Below are positions 38,502-52,754 of a stretch of DNA of 64,000 nucleotides, piece by piece. This stretch comes from Octopus sinensis (taxonomy: Eukaryota): NCBI RefSeq assembly GCF_006345805.1, contig NC_043002.1:78244001-78308000 (forward strand), written 5' to 3'. Within the stretch, counting starts at the first letter, position 1. Each line of letters opens with the position of its first letter. A program made the translations under genes and the position numbers. The notes beneath the pieces were generated by a model. That model did no database searches and was not told where the DNA came from. It worked only from the letters and a program-made list of their open reading frames with translations.

Positions 38502-39189
38502 ATTTCTCTTAGAAATAAAATATTTTAAATCAGATACAATGTGTGTGTGTGTGTGTTTGTGTGTGTGCTACCTGTTTCAGTTGCTAGACCACCTTGAAGG
38601 GGTTATTCAAAGAAATTGTAGTACTCTGTAGCAGAACTGCTAAGTTATAGGAACATAAACTAACCAACACTGGCTGCCAATTAGTGGAGGACAATCACTC
38701 TTTTAAGCACTTTTTTTTTTTAATCTTTGTTGCAATTAGAATGTGAATAGGAAGGGTATTGTGTTATTAGTGAGAAAAAATATGACCAAGGTCCGATAAT
38801 TTTATTACCTAAGTCCTTGCATTTAATAAAAATTTGACACAAAGTACAGGTCCAGAGAGGGGGGGGAGAAAAGATGAAAAAGAAGAGAAGAGGGAAGAGA
38901 CACACATACAAGTTGGATGGGGGTTCTGAGCTATAAAAAGGGGGTTAGAAGCTATTGATCTAATTTAACACTACTTCATGAACCAAGACAACTGAAAGTT
39001 CCAGGTCAACTTTTGCTGGAACTAAATCCAAATCAATTAGAGAGCAGAAGAAAACTCCAAGCCATTAACTTCATATTAAATCCAATAAGTTTATTAGATT
39101 TAATTTCTTCATACAGACAGTTTCTGGGTTTAAGCCAATCTATCTTTAAATTGACCATCTTGCTGTTGCTACTGCTGTTATTTAATTCC

Positions 39190-39362
39190 AGGTCAAACTT
39201 GATTGAGTAAATCTATGATCAAAGGTATCCGAGCTATTATTATCCCATCTCGTTAGTGGTATTAAAGAATGCATACTGCTAATTTAAGAAGTTGAATGTG
39301 ATTTGAGGAGAATTTGGTTGCTATTTCTAGCAGGTTAAGTTATTACATAGAGGCTCCCCTCA
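39190..39362. mobile_element. Interspersed repeat family C (SINE-like), representative copy
   Basis: Motifs ccaggtca..ctgat, tgatcaaaggtat.c.agc, and gatttggctgctatttctagcagg recur at about 3950-4185, 7270-7460, 9400-9560, 10790-10990, 14220-14285, 14790-14860, 29070-29245, 43540-43680, 48120-48230 and 50340-50520 in both orientations. Confidence 0.75.
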
Positions 39363-39558
39363 TTAGCTTTAACAATTTTGTCAATGAAGTGCTTAAAACA
39401 TTAGGATTGGTATGTTGATTAGTTGAATGGGGTATGTAGAATCTCTGTAGTTATCTTTGGAAAAGTTTCTACATTTTTAATTTACATTTAACATTTCCTG
39501 TTCACATATTAACACTGCTTAAAAAATTTTATACACCCATATACATATAAAAAAAGAA

Positions 39559-39571
39559 AATATATATATAT

Positions 39572-39602
<31 letters not shown>

Positions 39603-39635
39603 CATATATATATAATACATATATATATATATTAC

Positions 39636-39702
<67 letters not shown>

Positions 39703-39761
39703 CATATATATATATACAATATATATATATATACATATATATATATACATATATATATATA
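39559..39761. repeat. Compound (TA)n/(TACA) microsatellite
   Basis: Direct reading; source of the IY-repeat ORFs at 39519-39771. Confidence 0.98.
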
Positions 39762-40650
39762 TCATCATCATTTAACGTCCGCTTTCCATGCTACCATGGG
39801 TTGGACGATTTGACTGAGGGCTGGTGAACCAGATGGCTGCACCAGGCTTCAATCTTGATCTGGCAGAGTTTCTACAGCTGGATGCCCTTCCTAACGTCAA
39901 CCACTCTGAGAGTGCAGTGGGTGCTTTTACGTGCCAGTCAGGCAGTAATGGTAATGGCCTCGCTCAAATCTGTGCCAGTAAGACGATGCTGGTAACGATC
40001 ACGCTCGGATGGTGTCTTTTACGTGCCACCGGCACAGAGGCCGGGTAGCTGCTCTGGCAATGATCACACTCGGATGGTGCGCTCAATACCCTACTAGCAC
40101 GGGGCCCGAGTGCCAGTAAAGCGACACTGGTAACGATCACACTCAAATAGTGCCTTTTAAGTGTCACTGGCACAGAAGCCGGTTAGCCGCTCTGTAAATG
40201 ATCACATTTGTATGTGCTCCTTGCACCCTGCTAGCACGGACGCCAGTCATCGATTTTGATTTTGATTTCACTTGCCTCAACAGGTCTTCGCAAGCAGAGT
40301 TTTAGCGACCAAAGAAGGAAAAGGTACGCATAAGTAGGCTGGTTACGCCCCTGGCATAGGCCATAAGATTACGGTCTAATTTGGCTTGCCGGGTTTTCTC
40401 ACGCACAGCATATTTCCAAAAGTCTCGGTCACTAGTCATTTCCTTGGTGAGGCCTAAAGTTCGAAGGTTGTGCTTCACCACTTCATCCCAGGTCTTCCAC
40501 AGGTTCCCTCAACTGCTAGGGTGTGGCACTTTTTCACAAAGCTATCCTCATCCATTCTCACCACATGACCATACCAGCGCAGTCGTCTCTCTTGCACACC
40601 ACATCTGATGCTTCTTAGGTCCAACATTTCTCTCAAGGTACTTACACTCT
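39762..40650 (-). mobile_element. 5'-truncated RTE-clade LINE (C-terminal coding remnant, repeat-containing 3' UTR, (GAT)n tail), same family as 1411-2315
   Basis: Minus translation gives DLRSIRCGVQERRLRWYGHVVRMDEDS...KTWDEVVKHNLRTLGLTKEMTSDRDFWKYAVREKTRQAK*. Homologous to 1850-2315. Tail is catcatcat on the plus strand, next to a (TA)n array. Confidence 0.92.
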
Positions 40651-41416
40651 AAAGGCACATGTATGGCTGTGTGATTATGAAGTTTGCATTGTAACCATAT
40701 GACTGAGTTCAGTTCCATTGCATGGCACTGTGGTCTGGTGTCTTGTATCATATCTTTGAACCAACTAATACCTTGTGACTGAAACTGGTAGGAAAAAACT
40801 ATGAAGAAGCTCTGCCAAGCATATGTACATGTGTGTCAATTCAAATTATTGTCATTCATATAATCTAACATTGTTTATTTTCTGCAGTGAACAATATTGT
40901 CTGTAGATTACTGGACATGTAACAAGTAGTGAAGAGAAAAATAGCTTACTTAAAAAAAGAGTTTCGCAACAGAAAGACCATCTGGCCATAAAAAATCTGC
41001 CTCAATAACATTTCATTTACCCAATGACAATATGGTAAAACAGATATAAAAATCAATGATGATGATGATGATGATGATGATTGATAATGATATATTATTT
41101 TGTTTCACTTGATGCCTGTTTTTGCATGCTAACATGGTTTAAACATGAAATCTGTTTCTATTTCATAACTAGCTCACTGAGACTTTGTAGCTGAGTTTTG
41201 AACTTATGACCAATAAGACAGAAGCAAATATTTAGATTCTCAGTCACTGTTTGGAAATTCCCGAAATTATATATCTACTTGAGTATATAGTATACAAGAG
41301 GTTAGTTAAATGCAATGGTCAGATAATTTAGTAAGCCTCGTAAACATTAAACATTCTTTGTTCTAGGTATCCAAAAATTACATGCGCATTTACTGATTTG
41401 AGTTAGTGTAGCAATA

Positions 41417-41721
41417 GTTGTTTGTTCCTTCTCAAGCCATGCCTGGCTCATAAGAGCCGGCTCCCTGGTTTCCTTGGCGTATAGGTTCCCCACCTGGATG
41501 GGACGCCAGTCCGTCGCAGGTGAGCTACAAGATGCAGTAGGAAAGAGTGAGAGAGTGTTGTGGTGAAAGAGTCAGCAGAAGTTAGCCATTACCTTCTGCC
41601 GGATCTGCGTGGAGCTCAGGTGTTTCGTTCATAAACACACACATCGCCCGGTCTGAGATTCGAACTCGTGATCCCTCAACCGCGAGTCTGCTGCTCTAAC
41701 CACTAGGCCATGTGCCTCCAC
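41417..41721 (-). mobile_element. tRNA-derived SINE family D, single well-preserved copy
   Basis: Minus strand reads gtggaggcacaTGGCCTAGTGGttagagc (A box) ... GAGTTCGAATC (B box), then a unique body and a tail ...ggactggcgtcccatccagg...gaaggaacaaacaac. CpG-rich. Confidence 0.88.
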
Positions 41722-42234
41722 TGTAGCGTAGTAGAAGGTTATTGTATATTTGAGTGGTTAAGAAGTTGCTCCCCAACCATGTAAATTTAAATTCAGTCCC
41801 CTTGCACAGCATCGTGTGCATGTGTCTTCTACTACAACTCGGGGCTAACCAATTGCTTGTGAGGGAATTTGATAGAAGGAAACTGAATGAAGATTGCCAT
41901 ATGTGGGTGCAAACGTGTGTGTATGTGGGTTGTGCATGCACATGTGTGTGTCATTGTAAATGTTAAAAAAAAAAAACTTTGCTGAACTAATGTCACTGTT
42001 TGCAGCTCAGCTAAAAATGTTCTCTACACCGTTTGTGATTGAGCTGCAACTGATGATGTTTGGTGATATTTTCTGTTAACAACTTGTCTGCTGGCTTGGT
42101 GCTTTTAAATTAACCTTGGAATTGGTTGAATGAAATTTTATTGTCACCAACCTTTACTTATTTTTCAAGTAAGTGATATTTTTTATTGTAGAGGAATTAA
42201 AAAAAAAAAACACAGAGCTAACAATCATTTGACA

Positions 42235-42720
42235 GTTGGTCAAGAGTGTTCATTCTTAACCCTTCTGTATGTATTAACTCTCAGGCCACTATTGTGTGAG
42301 GGGAGTACTCTGTTAAAACTGGAATATAAGAGAGTCAAGTTGGTATATGCAGAAATCATTGTAATGTTGGACTCCAAAAGAGTGAAGGAGGTCATCGCTT
42401 TTCTAAAGGAATCTGAGGGCATGAAAAGAGCAAAGATTAACCAATACAAGCCAGCAGGTATGCTGTTTGCCACCTGGGAATGCAAGTCCATACTGTCAGA
42501 CAGTATCAGTAGGTACTGGACAGATATATCAACTATGGTTCTTGGGATCTTGCTTGGACTGGACCCCTAAAGGAATAGAAACTAAATTGAGGTTACAAAT
42601 AGGTTGAGAAATGGGCTGAGATGAAGATATCCCTCAAAGATTGAGGAGAAGTAGTGAATGTTAGTCACTACTGACTAACTGGCATTTCTTGCTCTAAATA
42701 ATGTAACCTATCCAAACTAA
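42235..42720 (+). mobile_element. Decayed L1/Tx1-clade LINE reverse-transcriptase fragment
   Basis: ORF 42130-42570 carries CSFLTLLYVLTLRPLL (cf. CPLSPLLY.L.LEPLL), VYAEII (degenerate YADD), AKIN and VLGILLGLD (cf. ILG.WFG.D) in the expected order. Confidence 0.6.
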
Positions 42721-42744
42721 ATAATGTAGTCCTTTTATCTAAAT

Positions 42745-43028
42745 GAGTGATTCTCAACTGGGGTCCATATAAGATTTTTGGGAGTCTACAGTAGCAAATT
42801 AGTAAATTGGGGATCCACAGCAGTATTTTAAGGTCCATGGAAAGCTTTGAATTAAAAGTATGTATTACAAGAAACTGTTGGGTTTCTGAATGTGTGAATA
42901 ACAAAATAGGAATTTTGAAAGAAGTATCTATAAAATTAATTTTTAGACATTGAATGTCTATGGGGGTCCACCAGAATAAAATAGTAAACAAAAGGGTCCA
43001 TAGATTTTTAAATGATTGAGAACCACTG
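42745..43028. mobile_element. hAT (Charlie-like) MITE, 284 bp
   Basis: Ends gagtgattctcaac / attgagaaccactg (degenerate CAGTGGTTCTCAA TIR). 8-bp target duplication atctaaat (42737-42744) / atctaaac (43029-43036). Internal ggggtcca repeats. Confidence 0.88.
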
Positions 43029-46000
43029 ATCTAAACTAATTTTCATTGGAATAATAGTTAAATTTTTAATCATCTGCTTGTAAATATTTGTTCCCCCAAA
43101 TTATTGATATAATAAATTATTTGTAAGTTTTCAAGCTCCCTTATAAACAGGCACTTCAAAATCAAATCAAAATTAGTGTTGATGAGCAATGGCTTCTCAA
43201 GTTACAGGAAGACAATTTCTTTAATTGTTATCTCAAGGAATATTCAATTCTATTTCTTGAAGGACACTGATTAAAAAAACAAAGGAGAGGGTTTTAGAAT
43301 TTAAAAAAGAAACAAACAAAAACCTCGTCACTCAGAGCCTGTAAATTAGCTTTGAGTGAACAGAGTAAGATGTGGTGTTCAGGGTATTTTTTTTCTTCTT
43401 CTTCTTTTTCTCAAAATATATGAGTAACATATAGTAAATGTATACCAATCAGAAGCTGAGATATGTAGCAGACTGAATTTTTCAAAAGCCTAAACATTAT
43501 TTCATGATGCATATCTTAGCAACAATAATTCTTTAGAGCTGAAGGTGTCTGCAGTCACTTAACTTGACCTACTGATCACTCAAATCACACTCTCATCATT
43601 TTAAGAAAACAAAGGCCACATTGGATAATGTAGTCTCTGGTGCACTGAGCATAGGAAAAAGATGGGGTCTGAACTGCGAGTTAAACAACAATTATCATTT
43701 CTATATCTGCCATATGGGCATAATAAAAGACAGAAAAGACAGGAGAGAGCATTTTATATACACAGACAGAATAATATAATATCAATTTCTTTCATAGGAA
43801 CATGGCTAGAAATTTGGTGAGAGTTAAGAGTCGATAACATCATCATCATTTATCTAATTCCCTGCCTTAACAATAATCTATAACATGTTTATACTATGGT
43901 CTATGTATATAATGCTATGGAACAAAAATAAAGATAATCTGTTATGTACATCTATATTGTTTGTATGGTAATTTGACTAAAATATGAAATAAGATCAGCG
44001 AAATAATCTGTGTGTGTGTGAGAGAGAGAGAGAGACAGAGAGAAAGAGAGTTACTGATATATTTCTCTCAAAATCTACAGCTCAGTGAGACAGCTACTGT
44101 AATTTATTCACCGGGCAAGTAGATACAAGTCCAGCTTCATGCACTTTTCTCTAATACAAAACTGAGAATGTAGTACAGCATATTAAGATTTGTTAAAGTT
44201 TTGTTTACTTTTTGATGTCAGGGTAAATTTGACAAACAACATTCCAGGCAGAAAATGCAACCAGTATATAACAAAGAAATATAGTTTTTCAAGGATGTCT
44301 CTTTAGACTGCACCTTCAATACTACTTATGAAACTCTACATCATCTCAGGAATCAAGACACTACAGAATGAATATAATTTCAAAAGAAATTATGTATTTC
44401 ATGGTTCTCTATAAAGTTGCAATGATGTTAAAGTTTTCAAAATAACCAGGGGATCTCCATGGTTACTGTTAGTAATAATAACACTTAACACATTGTAATT
44501 TACTTGAAATACTGCCATTTCAGCTTAGAAGTAAGAAGGCAGTAAAAGCCAATAAAGTTAGAGAAAAACCATGAATTTATTTAATATTTCAGCTTTAACA
44601 AGCTCTAATTTAGGAATGAATAATTTGAAATGAGAAGTAAACTATAACCAATACCAAATCCATTTGGACAAATGCAGAGAAGCACAATGAGGCAAGGATA
44701 GGCAGGGTGTAATATTCAAATCAATCAATAAACTACTGAAGACTTTGGTAAAATCCATAGTTTCAGTATTATGGTTGCTGTGGAGATACTGATGTAAGAT
44801 CTCTTACAAGTTATACATTTAATAGAGTACACCATAGAGTATACTGTAGAAGATATGAAACCTCTCTCAACAATTAAAATTCCAAATTGCAGGCACACAT
44901 TCTTGCAATGCTTATATATCTTTATACATGCTTCAATGGTTTCATTTACATTTTACTCTATAATTCAAATTTTCCAATGAAATTTCAGGGTTTAAAATGA
45001 AAATAAGGAATAAACTTACTTTCCTTTATTGTCATCTTTCTATCTAAATAACACCATTTTGCTCAAATGCTGTCAAGCAAAGCCAAGGAATCTCAACATT
45101 TGCTATTGACACATAGACACATGTGATGGGCTTCCATAGTTTCCAAATTTCACTCACAAGACCCAGGGTTATCATAGAAGATATATTTACTGAAGAAACC
45201 ACACAATGGAACTGAACCCAAAACCATACAGGCACATCTGCACCTTAAGTTATGAAACATATTCCTCTTTTCACTAGCTTTAGTCACTGGTCAACACCAA
45301 GCTGGAGTGCCTCTTTCAAAAGTATGGTCAATTATACCAACCCCAGTATTTCTAAACCATAACTTACTTCATCGATCTCACAAGTAAGAAAGGCAAAGTT
45401 GACCTGGAATAGATTCAAAGACAGAACACTTCGTTTGATACACTACCAATTCTACTGTTGCCTACTTTCTATGAAAATATTTATTCCACTAGTTTAAAAA
45501 GTACAACCAGCAAAAAAAAAAAAAAAAAAAAAAAAAATGAACCATTGACCCCATGTTATTGTTGCAGCTATCTATTTATAGTACAATAAGGTTTCCGTCT
45601 AAAACGTGAAGTGCTTCTCATTCAAACATTATATTTGTTTTAATGAAATCAAATATATGCAGCACTCTAGATTTTGCCAGTTAAATTTATTATCCTAAAT
45701 ATCTCATATTTCAATTACTTGAAACAGAAGCCAGAACAAAGTAAACGGAAAGAGAGTCTACTGTGCAAATTTTATAATGAATTGGTTTTGTTAGATTCCT
45801 CAGAGAGGCAAGAAGTTGAAATTTATAGGAAAGGGGAATTAACTTTTACATAAGCAAGATGCTTCATATTTATAGGGGAAGGGAAATATAGAGTTGTGAT
45901 ACCAAAACTTTCTACAAGAATGCTAAGAGTGTTGAATTAGCAGAAATGATAGAGCATCAGACAAAATACTTTGTGTATTTAGTTACATCTCTTAAGACTT

Positions 46001-46875
46001 TCTCAGTTGAGCATCCAGAAGCCAACAAAAATGCAATACCAGTCAAGTACTGAAGTCAATGTAATGGTGTACATCAACAAAATTGGTGGTGTGGCACCAA
46101 TGTTAGAAATAAATATCAACTGTAAGAGCAGAATCTCACAAATGTAATGCAGTATACTGAAAAATTGACATTGACTGAATTTATCTAAGCAATTAACAAA
46201 CAAAAAAATCCTTCAACTTGAGCTTAAAATCTAACAATAAAAAAGACAATGCAGACTGGGGTGGATTCACTTCAATTTTGATCGACTAATCTTAATGAGT
46301 TATCTCTTTAACTAGCATATCAAAAAAAAAAAGATTTTTGGTTTTAAATACTCTTGGAGGAAATTTTTTTTTTCTACTAATACTATGAATTACCTCAGTT
46401 GATCAAAATATTTCTTACTCACTATACTATATAAGTGAAACCCACTGTATTTCTATTTAGTATGCAGGATATGTGAGACATGGTTCCAAATAAGAACTGA
46501 TTCACACCATGACGATCTATCCAACTCATACCAGCATAGAAAGCAGACAGGTGTTGGTGGTGGTGGTGGTGTTGATGATAATGATGATGATCATTGCTGA
46601 AGTATTTTTTTCTCTAGTTAAATAAATAATGATTCTGGCTGGGAATTGAAACTGGGTTGCAAATTCAATTTAAAGCAAAGTGGTTGTTATCACGCTCATA
46701 ATAACAATACTGTTTCTTACATAAACAAGAAGATTCAGATTTAAGATAATGGAGTAGGATATTGTGGCAGTCATACATGTTTGAAAAGCAACAGTCAAGT
46801 AGTGAAATGGTTGACTCGAACAGGAAATCAAGTTCAGGTTGCAGACTTGTTTTATCAAAAACTTGCCCCTGCAGC

Positions 46876-46909
<34 letters not shown>

Positions 46910-49825
46910 GGAGAGGCTCCAGAAGTTTTAGTTAAAGTAGCAATATGATTTTGATATGATTGGGTGGAGGAGTTATCTAGACAGACGACCTTACTTCAGG
47001 AGAAATGTCAGATATTCTGAACAAAGATCAGATTCCCTGGTTTGATTTTGATCATTGATATCAACTAATGTGCATGCAATCACACACAAACAGAAAACAT
47101 TCTATATACATATAATCTTAAAAAGGAATGTTTACAGCCTGAGCTGTTAAAATTCTTTTCTCTTGATTCCATTTTCTATTAATCAATCCTCCCTTATTAA
47201 AAATTTATCAAGACCCTTCCAGAATGATATGAAACTCAAGCTTAGATTCTCTCTTTCTCTCTTTTTTTTTTATTGACCAGTTAATAGGAGATGAAAGTAA
47301 ATCAAGTTCACAATTTTAACTTGATTTACCATATACTTGCCTCTGCAGCTGCATTGCTTTTAGAGACTGACCACCTTGTGCTTTGATGGATTTATTGGAA
47401 CTAACTTTATTGCAATTATTTGAACCAGATCCCTAGTTTCTGTCTCACATGTGTTAAATTAAATTTCCTTAGCTGTCCTGTTCTATAAAAGTAAAATGAG
47501 AGGGAAACTCTAACATCTTTATAGAATTGAAAGCATAAATTGGTTACAAAGGATCAAGGATGTTCTAGTGCTTCATACTCAAAAGGTTTCTGTTTCTTTA
47601 AAAAATGAAAATGCACACATCACCATCTTCTATTAATGGTTTCATTTCACCAGGCTTCAACAAAATGAAACAAATAAACATGACTGATGAAATCTGGGAT
47701 ATAAAAAATTCGATAACAATAATATTTAGCAGAAGGCTAAAAATATCATGTTGTTTTCGTAAAGTTATCTTTTTTTGTTTTCTTTTTTAACTTTTTGGCA
47801 CAATCAATTATATTAATTGAAAATTATATAATGAAGAAATAAAAAGAAAAAAATTACTCATAACAACATGTTTTGAGAAATAAATGGTTGTTGAACTCTA
47901 ACAGCATGTTTAAAGGTTAGGTGGTTAACTACAATTGGCAAAATACGATTCAATCTTATAAACAACATCTAGACATTCAAATTAGCTGAGATTGAGCCAA
48001 TGCGGGAGTGTCTACATGATTGCTTGGCCAGTTAAATTGCAGCCAAATCTTCCTCAAAACCTCATCCTACCTTCATTTTTTTTTCTTCTTCTTTTTTTTT
48101 TTTTTTTTAAAAGAAGAAAACATTGAATAATTGGTACACAACACTTGAAAAATGATGGGATGGTCATGGCTGAAAGACTTTTGATCTTTGGTCTGTTAGA
48201 CCCAGACAGACCTGATTCTAAACAATAACAACTCACCAGAAATGAAGCTTTGAATCTTGATCAAAAACATGTACTTCTAAAATACCTTAGTTCTCTGTAA
48301 GAGCTGTTGAAATGAACACTAGGCAAAACAAGAGATAATTACTCCATCAAAAATTTATAAAAAGACATTCCATTTTTTTTTATCTACTTTCCTAATTACC
48401 TGAGCTTTCATTCTTTTTCCCCCACCTCACTTTCACTTGTCAACATCAACTATTGTCAAATACATGCTTATTTCAGAGATGTGGAATAATAAACCCAAGC
48501 AAATTAGTTGACAATGCACAGTTAAAAGAGATGATCAAATGACAAATGCGACAAATAATGAATTTTGTAACTTGATAAGAGAATTCCAGAAAGAATTTTT
48601 AGATAAAGCTCAATAAGTAGAGCACAGAAACAAGACCTCTGTTAATAAATTTAGAACAGGCTACTTTTTACTCTACATACATGCAGTCACTTATGATGGT
48701 GATGATGATGATGATAAAGATGGCCCTTCTGAAGACGAAGAAGAAGAAACCTAATGCACATGCATTTCAATGACTAGTATAAAATTGGATACAAGTAACA
48801 CTTCATGTGTAAAAATATTTCTATTTTAAAAATAAACATTAATGATTTACAGATGTACAAATACATGCATGCCAGATTTTTACTTCTCTAAGTAGGTATA
48901 TTTATAAATTAAACAGACATACAAAAAAAAAAACTATTTCTAAGGCTGTCAAATATACTTTTGAATTGCTTCCTTCTGCCCATTAAATCAATCACCATCC
49001 CATTTCTATTTCACCATGCCATCATGTGATGAATGAACGTGCAAACTTACAATATTTTTAATTATTATTTCAAAATAAATGTATATAAAAAGTGTGCCAG
49101 CAATTAACTAATTACAGACTAAATTCTCTTCATATTGATCAATCAAAATAGAGTACACTTTGAACCAGATTGAATGTTAGTGCTTGTACAAGAAGAATAA
49201 TAGTGTTAGCTGTTAATTGTGTGCTATTATCAATCAAATTAACCAAGCAATTTGACGTTAAGAATATAACAGAGCCAACAAAGACTTCTAACAACTTAAT
49301 GAAGACTGAAACAATTGTCTTCAGAATTTGTCAACTATTGAATTTACATTTATTGAATCTCATCTTTAAACAGGTTCTCAGTCAAAGATAGTATTCTCAG
49401 TAAACTAAAACGATTCAAATAGACAATGAAAAAGAAAACAATTCTTCTTTTAAAAAAAGTTTAATGCATTTCTTTAGTTTCTATGCTTTAACAATGTATT
49501 ACATATTCAATCATGGCTTAGAAAAGAAATTGAAAATTCTAAGTTTGGAATTTATCACATTCTCAAAAACGTCATTATGTACAGCAGTGTTTATCAAAAG
49601 GTTTGAAGAGGGGGCAGGGGTTAGGGTGTTGAGGAGACAAATCAAATTGCCATGTTTGATAAAATTGATGAAGAAAGCATAATATAGATGTCAAATATCT
49701 TTTGTCTTCTCATTAATGATGGTGTGTGTGTATGTGTGTGACAGACTGGTAATAGTCAGCTTGAGAACCACTGATGCACTGGACCAGTATAAAGTATATA
49801 AGAGATCAATTGTCTGGAGGATGCT

Positions 49826-49851
49826 GAGAGAGAGTGGGGAGAGGGAGGAAG

Positions 49852-49912
<61 letters not shown>

Positions 49913-49926
49913 GAGAGAGAGAGAGA
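49826..49926. repeat. Interrupted (GA)n microsatellite
   Basis: Direct reading; source of the RE/SL-repeat ORFs at 49691-50022. Confidence 0.97.
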
Positions 49927-50984
49927 TACACAGATACACAGACAGAGCAAACTATTTCTCAATCATCAGTCCAATCAATCAGACATCAATGTACTGCAAT
50001 ATTTGAACTTATTTCAAGCTAGATGAAATAAAATAAAATAAAGCCAAGCAGGTATACATGTATTTGTGCATCATACAGCTATATAAAATTAAATCAACAT
50101 AACACTTGAACTTATTTTATTTTACTAGTTTTTAATATTTTACATATTACTACTCACTCAACTGTGGAATGTGAGTAGCTTATCTATGTTTATGTGAAAT
50201 TAAAGAAGTAATGTTTTATTTACTTTGAGCTAGAGCACAGTTGTTAGAGAAAAGAGTGAACTAATGGTCATTTGGTCACTACTACCTTGACTTATTTTGA
50301 TCTTTAATTAATCAAGCCAACAAGAGAACCTCTACATGATTGCTTAACGTGTAAGAAATAACAACCAAGTCTCCTCCTAATCACATTCTACCATCTCAAA
50401 AAAAAAAAAAAACATATTGGACAATATGATTATAAATATCTATGCCTGAAATTAAAATGAGATGGTCATGGTTGGAATGCTTTTTATCATTAGAGTTGAC
50501 TGTTTTGCGACTTCACAGATTCAAGCTTGGGCAAGCATCTTCTACAATAACCTCAGATTGACCAATGCCTTGTGAGAGAAAGATGGTGGACTGTATAGAG
50601 GGCCAATGTGTGTGTGTGTGTGTGTGTGCGTGTGTGTGTGTACATGCATGCACACTTGTTTCTGCATGTATTTACATTGATACTGCTTAGGCCACAATGA
50701 CATTCACAACCCACAAACAATAAGAGCAGCAAAATAAAGATTTGAGTCAACAGGCTCAATATGTCATGCAGGCTCAGGACATATTGAATCTGTAGGACAT
50801 GCAAAGACCAGTGCAAACTGGAAACATGAGCTGGCATCAAGAAGGGTGTCTACTATAGAAGATTCCCTCAAGTAGTCGTGCCCAGTATGGGAAAAGTGCA
50901 CATATAAATAATGATGATGTCACCATCATCATTGTTGAAGAAACTAAACAATCTGAGCCATGAAGTCATAAGAATATTTGCGGC

Positions 50985-51340
50985 TTCAGGAATATATTTC
51001 TCAACTGCATGTTCTAGGTTTGATCCTATGACACAGCACCTTGGGCAAGTGCCTTCTACTTTAGCCATGTGTCTAGAATTTGGTAGAGAGGTAGTTGTGT
51101 GGAAGCCCAATGCATATATATGTTTGAGCACATACCTTAGTATTTCTAGTGTATTGAATTGCATTCCTTTATGCAGAAAAAATAAAATTACTATAACTGA
51201 GCAGTTCAATAAACAGAGATGGATAACATAAGTACTAGACTGATATGAGGTCAAGCTTGATTGACTAAACTCTTTGTGACAGTGTCCCAGGAGGGCAACA
51301 GCCCAATCACTGAAATTCATAAAAGAGTTAAACAATATTG
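50985..51340 (+). mobile_element. SINE family A copy, diverged
   Basis: Contains cagcaccttgggcaagtgccttctact, gaatttggtagag and gataacataagtactag. Confidence 0.7.
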
Positions 51341-52110
51341 ACTGGCTCCCTAATATACCAGACATTTCTTGAATGTCTTTAATTCCAAACGAGGCTATCA
51401 AAATACTAACTTTGAATATTGGGTTATCAGGAAAGGTTTTCTTTTTTTCTTTTTTAGAGGGGGGGAAAAAAAAGGTCAAACTAGTTCTACAGCTGGAAGT
51501 AATAAAAATACCCCAGGAATTAGAGCAACGCAAACAATTGGTGGGTAGATCAAGACACAATTTATGCAAAACAGAAATAAGAAGAAAGTAAGAAGAAAAA
51601 AAGATTCCTGATACTGCATGTGAATCAAGTATTATGTGATAGCCTACACAGATATCCAATATCTAGTTCAGTGCCTGTAAAGAAGTCAAGAGCTACAGGA
51701 TTCTTAAACAACTAAAATGAAATTAAGAAAAATGATCTTATTTTCACAATTTTGGCAGCAACAACTAAAAATAATTTTTTTTAAAGTTTTTTTTTTCTTC
51801 TTCTGAATTTATTCTAAATCAAATTAGTGAGATATATGATGCTTTTTATCAACTATATTTAACATATCTTTAACAAAAAACTCTATTAGGAATGAGATTT
51901 CAGAATAGAAGGGCAAACATCTTCAATAATAATAATAATAATAATAATATAATAATAATAACAATAATAATTTTGGCACAAGGTCAGCAAATTCAGGAAA
52001 GGGAATGAATCAATGGTACTTATTTTAGAAACCCTGAAATAATGAAAGGCAAAGTTAAACTCAGCAGAATTTGAACTCAGAATGTAAAGATGGACAAAAT
52101 GCTCGCCACC

Positions 52111-52200
<90 letters not shown>

Positions 52201-52201
52201 T

Positions 52202-52754
52202 CCCTGATGTAGTACCAGGCAGTGGCTCTCATGGCTTCTGATCTTAACTGATTGGAAGTGTTATCATGTACATTGTTTTGTCTTGGTATAAAAGATGGGC
52301 TACAGCAAATATTCTGCTCAATACCACAGATTTGCTTGTCAGTTGTTTGACTTTAACCAGTTGAGCATGTCCCTTAGTGGCTGACGATATGTGCATCTCT
52401 GATCACGAGCAGAAGTAGTGGGGGAGCATCATAGCCATGTGTTGAGAGGGATTCTTTGGGGTTTGAATAATTCACCTCTGGAAACATGGGTGTTTTGTTC
52501 AACATCCTTAAACAACCCTTATTCAGGGACCTTTCGAGTGGGATGGGTTACTCAACCTGAAGAAAATTCTAACTGGGCCCCACCTGCAAGGTCATGTGCT
52601 GTTTATTTTGATATGAGATCACCATGTCGCGCACATATGGTTGTGATGCATGTGCCTAGTGTACCCTTATCAGACGGGTAGTCATGATGGGTATACTGCG
52701 CTTCGTATATTTTACCCCAGTGTCACTTTGATGGCATGCACTGCTCTCTCACTC
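52202..52754. mobile_element. Unclassified 553-bp non-coding interspersed element in an (AAT)n tract, copy 1
   Basis: Near-identical to 57618-58170 with the same two boundaries (ccctgatg...ctctcactc). (AAT)n on both sides; no TIR and no tRNA head visible. Confidence 0.85.

Noticed and set aside
42130-42570. 146-aa plus-strand ORF as a host gene
   Set aside because: Better explained as a decayed LINE RT fragment with a broken YADD motif.
50868-51659. Longest ORF in the track (263 aa, minus strand)
   Set aside because: Runs antisense through a family-A SINE and poly-A/T tracts; F/L/S-rich with no recognisable domain or splice context.
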